The notes beneath the pieces are model-generated. The model saw only the letters and a program-made list of their open reading frames with translations, searched no databases and was not told where the DNA came from. DNA of 64,000 nt from Deltaproteobacteria bacterium (GTDB lineage: Bacteria > Myxococcota > Kuafuiibacteriia > Kuafuiibacteriales > Kuafuiibacteriaceae): positions 384,001-448,000 of the forward strand of contig JAVJQW010000011.1 of the NCBI GenBank assembly GCA_040218735.1, given 5' to 3'. Positions 51,511 to 60,498 of the stretch are shown one piece after another (positions within the stretch are counted from its first letter, which is position 1; every line of letters begins with the position of its first letter). The position numbers and the translations under genes were made by a program.

Positions 51511-53738
51511 TCGGCGCGGGGGTTTTGGATCACCCCCTCGGCGGAGAAGAGCGGCGCGAGCTCCGGATCGCGGAGCGCGTCCTCGAGTCGCATCGGACGC
51601 CCGTCGACGATCACCTGCTGACTCACCAACCGCGCTCCGTGGGAGTAATCGCCGTAGGTCTGGTGGTGGATCGTGGAGAGCGGCTGAATCGGACGGCCGT
51701 TGCTCTGGTGCCAGCCGTAGATCGCGACGCGGTCCGGGTGGGCGTCGAGGCGGTTCGAAATCACGACGTCCTTCTTGTGCCCTGCGATGACGTCCCCCGC
51801 TTCGCCGCCCGCGCGACGGAGCTGACCGTCCACGAGCGCGTCGTGGTGCTCGATGTACGCGTTCGACATCATCTCGGCGCTCGCAGGGAGCGGGTTCGGC
51901 GTGAGGCGCACGTCGGCCTGCCGGTGCACGGCGTCCACGAGGCGCGTCGTGGGCAGCGACGTATCGGTGCGGTCCGCGATCTGCTGCGCCGTGACCGGGT
52001 TGAGCGGCACGCGCACGTAGTCGTCGTCCGAACCGATCGCGAGATAGTCGGGCATGACGTACGCCGTCGCCGTGTGCCCGTTCGCCGTCAGCTCCACCGG
52101 CCGAAGCTCCCGCGCGAACGACGGGACGTTGCCCGCCTCGATCTGCTCGAGCATCGCCGCCTCCCGATCCGCGCGCGACATGTGGCGCGTGCGCTCGAGG
52201 AAGGCGGACCCGGTCTCGGCGCCGGCGGCGCGAGGTGGTAGCGCGAGAACACTCCCGACCGCGCCCTCCGAAGCCCTGGCCGCCCCCGAAGCAGCGGCCG
52301 AGCCCGAAGCGGTCACGGCGCCCGAGCCCGAGCCCGAGCCCGTGCCCGTGCCCACCGCCGAGTCTGAGGCGGTGGCCGAGTCCGAAGCGCTGACCGAAGC
52401 CGAGCCCGGATCCGAACCCGTGACCGAAGCCGAGTCCGAATCCGAAGCCGAAGCCGAGCCCGAATCCGAAGCCGAGCCCGAACCCGTGACCGAAGCCGAG
52501 TCCGAACCCGAACCCGAGCCCGAGTCCGAAGCCGAGCCCGCGCCGGCGCCCGAATCCGCGCCCGACCTCGCGACCGATCCCGCTCCCCCGCCCCCCAGCG
52601 CGCTCGACGGCGAGCTGAAGTCCCCGCGCGCGGGTCGGCCGAAGCCTTCGAACTGCGCGCGTACCTGCGGGTCGTTCAGGTCGTACGACCGCCGCACGAC
52701 GCCGCGCGCGGTGTTGCCCTCGATCGTCGTGAGCTGCCCGGTCGCGGGGTCGTAGCCCTCCACCAGGCCGACGTGTCCGCGGGAGAACAGCGCGGTGTCG
52801 CCGGCGCGGATCGGGAGGTTCTCGGGTTCGTAGACCTCGTGGGGGCGGTTGCGTTGCGCGGCGTGGCGCTGGCCGCCGGAGCCGCGCAGCGTCATCCACC
52901 GGCGCGCGCTGCCCTCCGCGACGTGTTGCTCGCGGAGCTGGTCCAGCGAATCGTTCGTCGCGCGGCGGTTGTCGGTGTAGTTGCGGTACTCGAAGAAGGC
53001 GCGGGCCTTCTGCATCGAGTGCATCCCGTTGATGCCCGTGAACTCGCCGCCCGCCTCGCGCGCGGCTTCGCTGTAGTTGAAGCCGGTGAAGAAGCCGCAC
53101 CACGCGTAGCCTTCGCGCATCCGCGAGCGCTGCGCGTACTGGTCGACGCGCGCGCCGCGGTTGGTGCTCCCGATCTCCCGAACGCCGATCTCCCGACGCG
53201 CGCTGTCCATGGTGCGGGACTGGAGCGCGGCGAGCTCGGCGTCGGCCGGGGTCTGGCCGGCCGACGGGGTCACCGGCGCGAGCGGCCGACGCGCGCGCAG
53301 GCGGTCGTTGTCGCTCTGCTGCAGGGCGCCCGCGCGCAACGAGCCCTGCGGTGCCCGCGCGCCGAACCGCGGCGCGCGTTGCGCGGCGCCGCGACGCGTG
53401 GCGAACCCATCACGACCACCGCGCCCGCGCCGCGCTCCCATCAGCATCAACAAAACGTGCACATCGACCTGGCCCGGCGCGCCCGGCATGCCGGAGCCCT
53501 GTTGAAAGTCGCGAACCGCCCGCTCGGTGTGGGGACCGAACAAACCATCGAGGACCAGCGCAAAGCCGAGCGCTTGCAAGGCAGCTTGCACAGCGGTCAC
53601 GGCCTCGCCGCGGTGCCCCAGCTGAAGCACCGCGAGCCCCAGCATGATCTGCTGGAGGTCGGGGGCGTCTCGGTAGCCGAGGCTGGGGTTCGAAAGCGCG
53701 TTCGCGTCCATCCTGGTCGCGGCGTTGGTTCGCGTCAT
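51507..53738 (-). CDS. PG-binding + CHAP amidase + Ser/Gly linker + uncharacterised C-terminal domain
   Basis: DGLFGPHTERAVRDFQ (PG-binding); AWCGFF, GHVGLV, TIEGNT (CHAP); C-terminal GHKKD, AIYGWH and DYSHG. Confidence 0.85.
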   Translation of the reverse strand: MTRTNAATRMDANALSNPSLGYRDAPDLQQIMLGLAVLQLGHRGEAVTAVQAALQALGFALVLDGLFGPHTERAVRDFQQGSGMPGAPGQVDVHVLLMLMGARRGRGGRDGFATRRGAAQRAPRFGARAPQGSLRAGALQQSDNDRLRARRPLAPVTPSAGQTPADAELAALQSRTMDSARREIGVREIGSTNRGARVDQYAQRSRMREGYAWCGFFTGFNYSEAAREAGGEFTGINGMHSMQKARAFFEYRNYTDNRRATNDSLDQLREQHVAEGSARRWMTLRGSGGQRHAAQRNRPHEVYEPENLPIRAGDTALFSRGHVGLVEGYDPATGQLTTIEGNTARGVVRRSYDLNDPQVRAQFEGFGRPARGDFSSPSSALGGGGAGSVARSGADSGAGAGSASDSGSGSGSDSASVTGSGSASDSGSASASDSDSASVTGSDPGSASVSASDSATASDSAVGTGTGSGSGSGAVTASGSAAASGAARASEGAVGSVLALPPRAAGAETGSAFLERTRHMSRADREAAMLEQIEAGNVPSFARELRPVELTANGHTATAYVMPDYLAIGSDDDYVRVPLNPVTAQQIADRTDTSLPTTRLVDAVHRQADVRLTPNPLPASAEMMSNAYIEHHDALVDGQLRRAGGEAGDVIAGHKKDVVISNRLDAHPDRVAIYGWHQSNGRPIQPLSTIHHQTYGDYSHGARLVSQQVIVDGRPMRLEDALRDPELAPLFSAEGVIQNPRAD
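52290..52555 (-). repeat. Hexamer-based low-complexity repeat encoding an S-G/S-A/S-D linker
   Basis: Arrays of CCGAGC/CCGAAG/CCGAAT/CCGAGT units. Confidence 0.85.
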
Positions 53739-53751
53739 CACCAGACGTGAG

Positions 53752-53767
53752 AGCACGTCGCGGGCCA
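53752..53767 (-). promoter_or_regulatory. Putative sigma54 promoter of the CHAP fusion gene
   Basis: TGGCCCGCGACGTGCT, GG-N10-GC; -12 C at 53753, ATG at 53738. Confidence 0.55.
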
Positions 53768-53838
53768 GCCCACAGCGCACGACTCCCGGCGCGGAGGGTG
53801 ACAACTCGTCAACTGACGGTAGGTGACGACTCGTAGCG

Positions 53839-54444
53839 CTATGCTTCGGCGATCAGCGACGTCAGGCGGCGCTCGAGCTTCACACGCCGGCTGTACGCCG
53901 TCGCGACGGAGACCCCGGAGCGCTCCGCGACCTGGGCGAACGCGAGGCCCTCCGCGAAGTACAGACGCGCGAACTCCTGGTCGCGCGGGGTGCAGCGCTT
54001 CAGCGCCGCTTCGACGATCTTCCACCGCTCGCGCGTCTCGTAGTCGGCGTCGGGCCCGGGTACGAGCGGGAGCGCATCTTCCACCTGCTCCACCGCGACG
54101 GAGCGCACCGTGTGGCGCCGCTCGCGGCGCACGTAGTCGAGGGTCGACGACACCGAGATCACCCCCACCCAGCTGCTCGGCGCGCAGCCGCGGTCGCGGC
54201 GGTACTGGCGCAGCCGGCGGTAGTCGTTTGCGACCATCGCGGCGAGGACGTCCGAGAACGCGTCGTCGACGTGGTGGGGCTCGGCGGACACCGACGAACG
54301 CACCAACGTCCGCGCGACGCACGAGCGGATGAGGCCCGAGAAGCGCTGCAGGAACGTCGCCCACGCGCGTTGCGAGCCGGTGCAGACGGCCTCGATCAGC
54401 TCCACGTCCGGGGTCGGGGTGTCGTGTCGGGGCCGCGTCGTCAC
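53839..54444 (-). CDS. ECF RNA polymerase sigma factor
   Basis: DVELIEA..G.QRAW..F..RF; DD.FSDV; WVGVI..DYVR; region 4 helix-turn-helix AQVAERSGVSVATAYSR; start approximate. Confidence 0.88.
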   Translation of the reverse strand: MTTRPRHDTPTPDVELIEAVCTGSQRAWATFLQRFSGLIRSCVARTLVRSSVSAEPHHVDDAFSDVLAAMVANDYRRLRQYRRDRGCAPSSWVGVISVSSTLDYVRRERRHTVRSVAVEQVEDALPLVPGPDADYETRERWKIVEAALKRCTPRDQEFARLYFAEGLAFAQVAERSGVSVATAYSRRVKLERRLTSLIAEA

Positions 54445-54523
54445 GGTGCTACGGTGACAAAGAGCAGCGTCTGACTCACTTACGCGTCGCCGCAAGTGTT
54501 GGCGCTCAAGCTCCGAGCAGGGG

Positions 54524-54539
54524 TGGCGTCGGGCTTGCG
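54524..54539 (+). promoter_or_regulatory. Putative sigma54 promoter
   Basis: TGGCGTCGGGCTTGCG, GG-N10-GC; GTG start 21 nt after the -12 C. Confidence 0.5.
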
Positions 54540-54558
54540 TTCGTCGGATACGGACCCC

Positions 54559-55440
54559 GTGCGTTGGTTCGTGCTCCTGGCTCTCGTCCTCGGCGGCTGC
54601 ACGCTGCCACCCCCGAAGGTCCACGGGGACTACGACCCACGCCGCGGCGGCGTGTACACGCCCGTCACCGTCCGCCTCCACACCGAACCGGCCTACGCGA
54701 TCGCGATCGTCGACGACATCCAACAGTACGGCGCAAGCTCCACGCTCCGCCTCGACGCCACCGTCGCGCACCGCATCGAGATCCAGAAGGCCGGCTACTA
54801 CGGCCAGGTCATTCACCTCGAGACCAACCCCGAGTACCTGAAACCTCGCGATCTCGAGAACCGCGATCCGGACGCGCCGATCGTTCGCATCCCCGCCTTC
54901 GTCGCGCGCGTCGAGGACCTCGCATCCGGGGAGTCGCGCGACACCGAGTACGGCGACATCCGCATCTTCCTGGAGCCGCTTCGCCGCCCGGCGAAGACCG
55001 CGGTGCTCAGCGCGAACCCCGATACGATCGTCGCCGTAATGCCGACGATCAGCGCGCAGAAGTTCGACCGGGAGCTGTTCGACGCGATCGCGGATCAGCT
55101 CCGCGTCGGACTCGGCATTCGGCGCGTGCCCGTGATCGATCGTGGGCGCCTCGCCGCGAAGCTCGCCGAGACCATCGACCGCGAGAAGAAGGACAGCTAT
55201 CGCGCGTGTGTCGACGAGGCCTGCCAGATCCCGCTCGGTAAGGCGCTCGCCGCGACGCACCTCCTCCGCTCGACGCTCGCGCGCACGGGGGAGCGCTGCT
55301 CGCTGTCGCTGGAGTTGATCGAGCTGTCGTCCGAGCTGACGATCGACGCCACCGCGGTCGCGACGACCTGCGAGGGCACCGCGCCCCTCGACGCCGCCGA
55401 TCAACTCACGGAGCAGATGTTCCCGTCCGAATCCCCGTGA
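54559..55440 (+). CDS. Lipoprotein with C-terminal CsgG/FlgO/TolB-N-like domain
   Basis: Lipobox LGGC; CVDEACQIPLGKALAATHLLRS...ELIEL. Confidence 0.7.
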   Translation: MRWFVLLALVLGGCTLPPPKVHGDYDPRRGGVYTPVTVRLHTEPAYAIAIVDDIQQYGASSTLRLDATVAHRIEIQKAGYYGQVIHLETNPEYLKPRDLENRDPDAPIVRIPAFVARVEDLASGESRDTEYGDIRIFLEPLRRPAKTAVLSANPDTIVAVMPTISAQKFDRELFDAIADQLRVGLGIRRVPVIDRGRLAAKLAETIDREKKDSYRACVDEACQIPLGKALAATHLLRSTLARTGERCSLSLELIELSSELTIDATAVATTCEGTAPLDAADQLTEQMFPSESP

Positions 55441-56437
55441 GGAGCTCCCGGGCCACCCCCGTCGCGAGCTGCTCGAGCGCGTTGTCGTCGTCGCACGTCC
55501 CGCGCGATCCCGCGGCCGCGACGCTGACCTCGCGCGCGAGATCGATCAGCTCCGCCGCGAGCACGCAGCGATCGCCGAGCCGCGTCACCCGCGCGCGCAC
55601 CAGGTGGGACGCGGCGAGCGCGCGGCCGATCTCCACGTCGCAGCCATCGCCGGTGCAGTTGGCCTCACGGAGCATCCGATCCACGGCGCCGGTTTCGACG
55701 GTGCGAACGCCGAGCCCGGTGATGTCGAGGTGGAGGCGGTGGCCGAGCGCGTCGAGCCACGGAAGGCTCACGTTCGACGTCAGGGGCGCGACGGTCACGA
55801 TCATCTCGTCGCGCGCCGCGTCGACGAGCGCGAGCTCCGGCGCTTCGAGGATCGGCTCGAGCTTCAGCACGATGGCGTCCGACGCCGAGATGTCGACCGC
55901 CCCGTCCACCGGCTGGTAGCCCTCCTTCGAAGCGCGGTACGTGAACTTCGGATCCGAGACGACCTTCGTCGCCGCGATCTCCTCGCCGGTGAACGACGGG
56001 TAGATCACCGCGACCATCGCGTCGATGATCCCCCCGAAGCCGCCGAGGAACGTCGTGATCCAGGGGATGACCGGGCACTCGACGCCGTTGTCGCCACACT
56101 GCTTCGGGAGCATCGCGATCGAGATCCCCGTGACGATGAACGACAGCCCCGACCCGACCCAGAGCCCGAGCGTCGAGGGGGTTTCGACGTCCTCCTCGTA
56201 CTCCGCGCGGACCGTGTCCTCGGTCGGCCCCACGCCGACCGCCTCACACGGCCCGTCCGGACGGAACCGACACACATCGGCCCCCGCCGGTACGGTCGAG
56301 ACCTGGACGGGACGCTCGCGCGTGCGGAGGCGCGTCTCGACGTCCGACCACCCCATCGCGGTCTGAATGGCCATCCCGCACCCGGAGCAGAGGCAGAGCA
56401 GGATCACGAGGAACACCCGCACGGTGGGCGCTTCCAT
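55406..56437 (-). CDS. Lipoprotein with PEGA-like segments, internal TM hairpin and CsgG/FlgO-like domain
   Basis: Lipobox-like CSGC; STVPAGADV, ASKEGYQP; CTGDGCDVEIGRALAASHLVRA...ELIDL. Confidence 0.7.
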   Translation of the reverse strand: MEAPTVRVFLVILLCLCSGCGMAIQTAMGWSDVETRLRTRERPVQVSTVPAGADVCRFRPDGPCEAVGVGPTEDTVRAEYEEDVETPSTLGLWVGSGLSFIVTGISIAMLPKQCGDNGVECPVIPWITTFLGGFGGIIDAMVAVIYPSFTGEEIAATKVVSDPKFTYRASKEGYQPVDGAVDISASDAIVLKLEPILEAPELALVDAARDEMIVTVAPLTSNVSLPWLDALGHRLHLDITGLGVRTVETGAVDRMLREANCTGDGCDVEIGRALAASHLVRARVTRLGDRCVLAAELIDLAREVSVAAAGSRGTCDDDNALEQLATGVARELLTGIRTGTSAP

Positions 56438-56524
56438 AACAACCCGGGGCACACGGCGCGAGCCTGTGATGGGGCGCATCGCCGGGCTGGGCACACGGCG
56501 AAGAACGGCGTACACCCGGCCCCC

Positions 56525-57655
56525 TTGCTGGCGGACCGCATCACCGTCTTCGCCGCGTGCGCGCCGGGCCTCGAACCCGCGCTCGCCGACGAGGTCCGAC
56601 GACTCGACCCGGAGCGCTACGAGGTCGTGCCGGGCGGCGTCGAAGCCACCGGGCCGCGCCAGCTCGTGTACCGCGCCAACCTGGAGCTCGGTCTCGCGAA
56701 ACACGTGCTACTGCGTGTCGACGACTTCGTCGCGCGACGCTTCGACCGCCTCGTCGATCGTGTCGCGAAGATCGCGTGGCCCAAGCTCATCAACGGCGTC
56801 GGGACGGTCCACGTCACCACGCACCGCTCGAAGCTGTACCACACCGGTGCGATCGAGGAGCGCGTCCGCGAGGGGATCGGCAAGGCGTTCGGCGGCACCG
56901 TCGACGAGGAGGTCGCGACCGAGGTCCACGTCCGCTTCCACCACGACCGCTGCACACTCTCGATCAACACCTCGGGCGATGAGCTCCCGCGTCGCGGCTA
57001 CCGACGCGCGACCGGCAAGGCGCCGCTGTCCGCCGACCTCGCCCGCGCGCTGGTGATCGCCTCCGGCTGGAACCCGGACACCCCGCTCGTGGATCCATTC
57101 AGTGGATCAGGCACGATCGCGATCGAAGCTGCGCTCCTCGCGCGACGCATCGCACCGGGGCTGGAGCGTACGTTCGAATTCGCGGCGCTCCCCTGGTTCG
57201 ACCCGGAGGCATACGCCGTCCTCGTCACGCAGCTCCGCGCGGCGCAGCTCGACCAGCCGCTCTCGATCGTCGCGAGCGACCGCGACGCGGGGGTCACGAA
57301 GGGCGCCACGGAGAACGCGGAGCGCGCCGGCGTCGGCGACGCGGTCTCGTTCACCTGCACGTCGGTCTCCGACGCGCCCGGCTTCGCGCTCGACGCCCCG
57401 GTCGCCACGGTCGTCACGAACCCACCCTTCGGCCACCGGATCGCCAAGGGCCGCGACCTGCGGCCGCTCTACCAGCGCTTCGGGACGCTCATGGCCGCGC
57501 GCCCCGAGTGGGGTGCGGCGCTCGTCGCGCGCGACCGCCGCCTCGCGGCCGCGACCGGCCTCACGCTGGAACCCATCGGCCGCTGGCAACACGGGGGCTC
57601 GGGCGTGCACGTGCTGGTTCGCCGCACATCATCTATGATCCGCGCGAATTGGTGA
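56525..57655 (+). CDS. THUMP-domain class I SAM-dependent RNA methyltransferase (RlmL-like)
   Basis: CAPGLE, YRANL, SGDELPRRGYR, KAPL, DPFSGSGT and NPPFG; start approximate. Confidence 0.9.
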   Translation: MLADRITVFAACAPGLEPALADEVRRLDPERYEVVPGGVEATGPRQLVYRANLELGLAKHVLLRVDDFVARRFDRLVDRVAKIAWPKLINGVGTVHVTTHRSKLYHTGAIEERVREGIGKAFGGTVDEEVATEVHVRFHHDRCTLSINTSGDELPRRGYRRATGKAPLSADLARALVIASGWNPDTPLVDPFSGSGTIAIEAALLARRIAPGLERTFEFAALPWFDPEAYAVLVTQLRAAQLDQPLSIVASDRDAGVTKGATENAERAGVGDAVSFTCTSVSDAPGFALDAPVATVVTNPPFGHRIAKGRDLRPLYQRFGTLMAARPEWGAALVARDRRLAAATGLTLEPIGRWQHGGSGVHVLVRRTSSMIRANW

Positions 57656-59097
57656 GTTGGTGGAAGAGCTTCGCGTTCCGGTTCGTCGCGCTCTACACGA
57701 CCGTCGCCGTCACCGTCGTCCTCATCGGGCTCACCGCGCTCTACAACCGCGAGAAGAAGGAAGTGATCGACAAGTTCGGGCTCGCGCTCGAAACGATCGC
57801 CAGCACCGCCGCGCCGTTCATGCAAGGTGACTTGCTCGACGCCATCCGGGCCAACGACGACGCCGAATCGGAGGCCTTCCGGACGATGCGCGCCGCGCTC
57901 GCGACGGTCGCGAAGGAGAACCACCTCGCCGACGACCAGGCGTACATCCTGCGGCCCACCGACGACGGGGCTTACGAGTTCGTCGTCATGCTCCAGACGA
58001 ACACCTTCATCGGCGATCGCTATAGCCCACCTGACGAGGTCGCCGAGCGCTACGCGTGGATCGTGACCGAGAAGGACGGCGTCCGTACCGACCTCTACAC
58101 CGACGCGCACGGCACCTTCCTCTCCGGCATCGCGCCGATCCTCCGGCGCGACGGCAGCGTCGCGGGCCTCCTCCAGGTCGACTACGGCGTGGACCAGTAC
58201 CTCGAAGCGGTGAAGGCCGAGCGCGAGCGTTACCTGATGGGCCTCGCCGCGATGGTCACGCTGTTCCTCGCGTTCGGCGTCTGGATCCATCGCCGGCTCG
58301 GGCGCGACGTCCGCGCCCTCCTCGGCGGCACGCGCGCGATCGAATCCGAGGAGTACGACCACGTCGTCGTCGTCGGCTCCGGTGACGAGATGGCCGTCGT
58401 CGCCGAAGCGCTCAACCGCGCGCTCGCCGGTCTGAAGGAACGCTTCGAGATGCTCAAGTTCCTCCCTCGCCACACCGCGAAGATGATCCAGGCCGCCTCC
58501 AAACTGGGCGGCGTGGACCGAACGCTCGCGCGTCGCATCGAGGTCGCCGTCTTCGAGTCCGACATTCGCGGCTTCACGAAGATCTCCGAGAAGCTCCCGC
58601 CCGAGAACATCGTGTCGATGCTCAACGAGTACATCCGCGTGCAGGCGGAGCTGATCGAAGCCGCCGGCGGATCGATCGACAAGTACATGGGCGACGCCGT
58701 CCTCGCGATCTTCGAAGGCGAGCACAAAGCCCGCCGCGCCGTGGAGGCGGCGCTCGCGATCCAGTCCGCCGTCGAAGAGATGAACGCACGCGAGGCCTTC
58801 GAGGTGCCCGTCCACATCGGCATCGGCATCACCGTCGGCGAGCTGGTGATGGGCAACATGGGCAGCGACGCGCGCATGGAACACACGGTCATCGGCTCGC
58901 CGGTGAACCTCGCGGCGCGCCTGTGCAGCCAAGCGAGCCCGGGCGAGATCGTCGTCTCGGCCACCGTGCGCGAGGAGCTCGACGACGCCCAGGGCCTGCA
59001 CTTCTCCGTCTCCGAACAGATCCGTGTGAAGGGCTTCGCAGCGCCCATCGCGTGTTTCCGAGCGCAGGGCAGCACCGCGGACGTGCATCCATCGTGA
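57652..59097 (+). CDS. Membrane class III adenylate cyclase with periplasmic sensor and HAMP domain
   Basis: Two TM helices and HAMP; SDIRGFT, KYMGDA and TVIGSPVNLAARL (Lys/Thr substrate pair of class IIIb). Confidence 0.92.
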   Translation: MSWWKSFAFRFVALYTTVAVTVVLIGLTALYNREKKEVIDKFGLALETIASTAAPFMQGDLLDAIRANDDAESEAFRTMRAALATVAKENHLADDQAYILRPTDDGAYEFVVMLQTNTFIGDRYSPPDEVAERYAWIVTEKDGVRTDLYTDAHGTFLSGIAPILRRDGSVAGLLQVDYGVDQYLEAVKAERERYLMGLAAMVTLFLAFGVWIHRRLGRDVRALLGGTRAIESEEYDHVVVVGSGDEMAVVAEALNRALAGLKERFEMLKFLPRHTAKMIQAASKLGGVDRTLARRIEVAVFESDIRGFTKISEKLPPENIVSMLNEYIRVQAELIEAAGGSIDKYMGDAVLAIFEGEHKARRAVEAALAIQSAVEEMNAREAFEVPVHIGIGITVGELVMGNMGSDARMEHTVIGSPVNLAARLCSQASPGEIVVSATVREELDDAQGLHFSVSEQIRVKGFAAPIACFRAQGSTADVHPS

Positions 59098-59161
59098 GCT
59101 GGGACACATGGACCCGCTGACCGTGGACAACGCGCCCCCGACGTGGCGAAACCCGAGACCC

Positions 59162-60427
59162 ATGGGACGTCGAAACGCGCTCGTGCTCGCGCTCGCGCTG
59201 ATCGCCGGTTGTGGCACGGACCGCGGTGGCGATGACGGCATCACCACGCCGAGCGTCGACTACAACCTCCGCGTCCGCGCCTACACCACGCCGTACGCCG
59301 TGCAGGAGACGATGGTCGCCGGTGCGGGGCTCACGTGGATGGTCGCGGAGATCGACTTCATCGCACGCGGGAGCCGCGACGTGCCGATCGGCTACGCGAA
59401 GTTCTCGATGGAGACGAACGGCGCGAGCTACGCGGCCGAGGCACTCTCCGAGGTCATCGAGAACGGCTGCCGCGCCGACGCCCTCGCCCGCGCCAACGTG
59501 TCGCGCTACTGCCGCGTGTTGTTCCGCGTGAACGCCGGCGAGTCCCCGGCGCGCCTCTACCTCGACGCCAACGGCGCGACGATCTCCACCGACTTCGCCG
59601 GCGCGACGGCGCCCCCGATGTTGTGCGACGTCCTCGGGCCGGAGGCGTCGCCCGCCGCGTGCACCGACGGCTGCAACAACGACGGCGACCTGTTCTTCGA
59701 CTGTGAGACCCGCACGTGCTGCGACTTCGTCACCGGCTGCCCGAGTGACTCGTACTGCGGCCGCAACGCCCCCGCCTGTGTGATGGGGCCCGAAGGTTCG
59801 CTCGCGACGTGCCGCGACACCTGCGACAACGACAGCAACGGCGGCGCCGACTGCGACGAACCGGCGTGCTGCGACGTGCTCGCGTGCGGGGCGGGTTCGT
59901 TCTGCGCCGCGAGCCGCGTGTTCGTGGACCCGGTGCAGTTCGACGACGCCGCGCTCGACCGCGTCGACGCCAACACCCTCCCCTCCGGCGCCACGCCGTG
60001 CCGCGCGCCGGTGCTCGCCGACGTCGCGTTCGTCCGCGACGGCGACACGATCGAGATCTTCGACCCGGCGGCCGGCGGCGCGATCGAGGTCGTGCGCCTG
60101 ATCGGCGTCGACACCCCCGAGCTCGCGCGCGACGGCAACCCGGCCGAGTGTTACGCGGTCGAGGCGAGTCGATTCACGCGAGATCTCACCGGCCAACGCG
60201 TCTGGCTCACGTTCGACACGGAGTGCCGCGATCAGTTCGGACGCTTGCTCGCGTACGTCTTCGTCGGTGGGCACCGCAGCGCGATGTGGCAGCGTCACCT
60301 CGCACGACGCGGCTTCGCCGACGTCTTCTTCTTCGATGGCAACGACGCCGGCATACGCGCGCTCCTCGAAAACGACGAGCAGATCGCAATGGCCGAAGGC
60401 GTCGGGCTCTACACCGCCTGCCCATGA
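59162..60427 (+). CDS. Lipoprotein with Cys-rich repeats and C-terminal thermonuclease (SNase) domain
   Basis: Lipobox IAGC; two C.D.C.ND.D/NG..DC...CC repeats; DGDTI, VRLIGVDTPE and DQFGRLLAYV. Confidence 0.88.
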   Translation: MGRRNALVLALALIAGCGTDRGGDDGITTPSVDYNLRVRAYTTPYAVQETMVAGAGLTWMVAEIDFIARGSRDVPIGYAKFSMETNGASYAAEALSEVIENGCRADALARANVSRYCRVLFRVNAGESPARLYLDANGATISTDFAGATAPPMLCDVLGPEASPAACTDGCNNDGDLFFDCETRTCCDFVTGCPSDSYCGRNAPACVMGPEGSLATCRDTCDNDSNGGADCDEPACCDVLACGAGSFCAASRVFVDPVQFDDAALDRVDANTLPSGATPCRAPVLADVAFVRDGDTIEIFDPAAGGAIEVVRLIGVDTPELARDGNPAECYAVEASRFTRDLTGQRVWLTFDTECRDQFGRLLAYVFVGGHRSAMWQRHLARRGFADVFFFDGNDAGIRALLENDEQIAMAEGVGLYTACP

Positions 60428-60464
60428 CGCCCTGCGCAACGCATTGACGTGCGCGAACCTGTAA

Positions 60465-60496
60465 CTTCGTCTCGCGGGCGACGTACCGAGACGAAG
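60465..60496 (+). promoter_or_regulatory. Perfect 10-bp hairpin ending 2 nt before a start codon
   Basis: CTTCGTCTCG / CGAGACGAAG. Confidence 0.45.
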
Positions 60497-60498
60497 CC

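Noticed and set aside
52054-52755. Plus-strand ORF with EPEPE/EAES repeats
   Set aside because: It is the antisense reading of the Ser/Gly linker of the CHAP fusion gene
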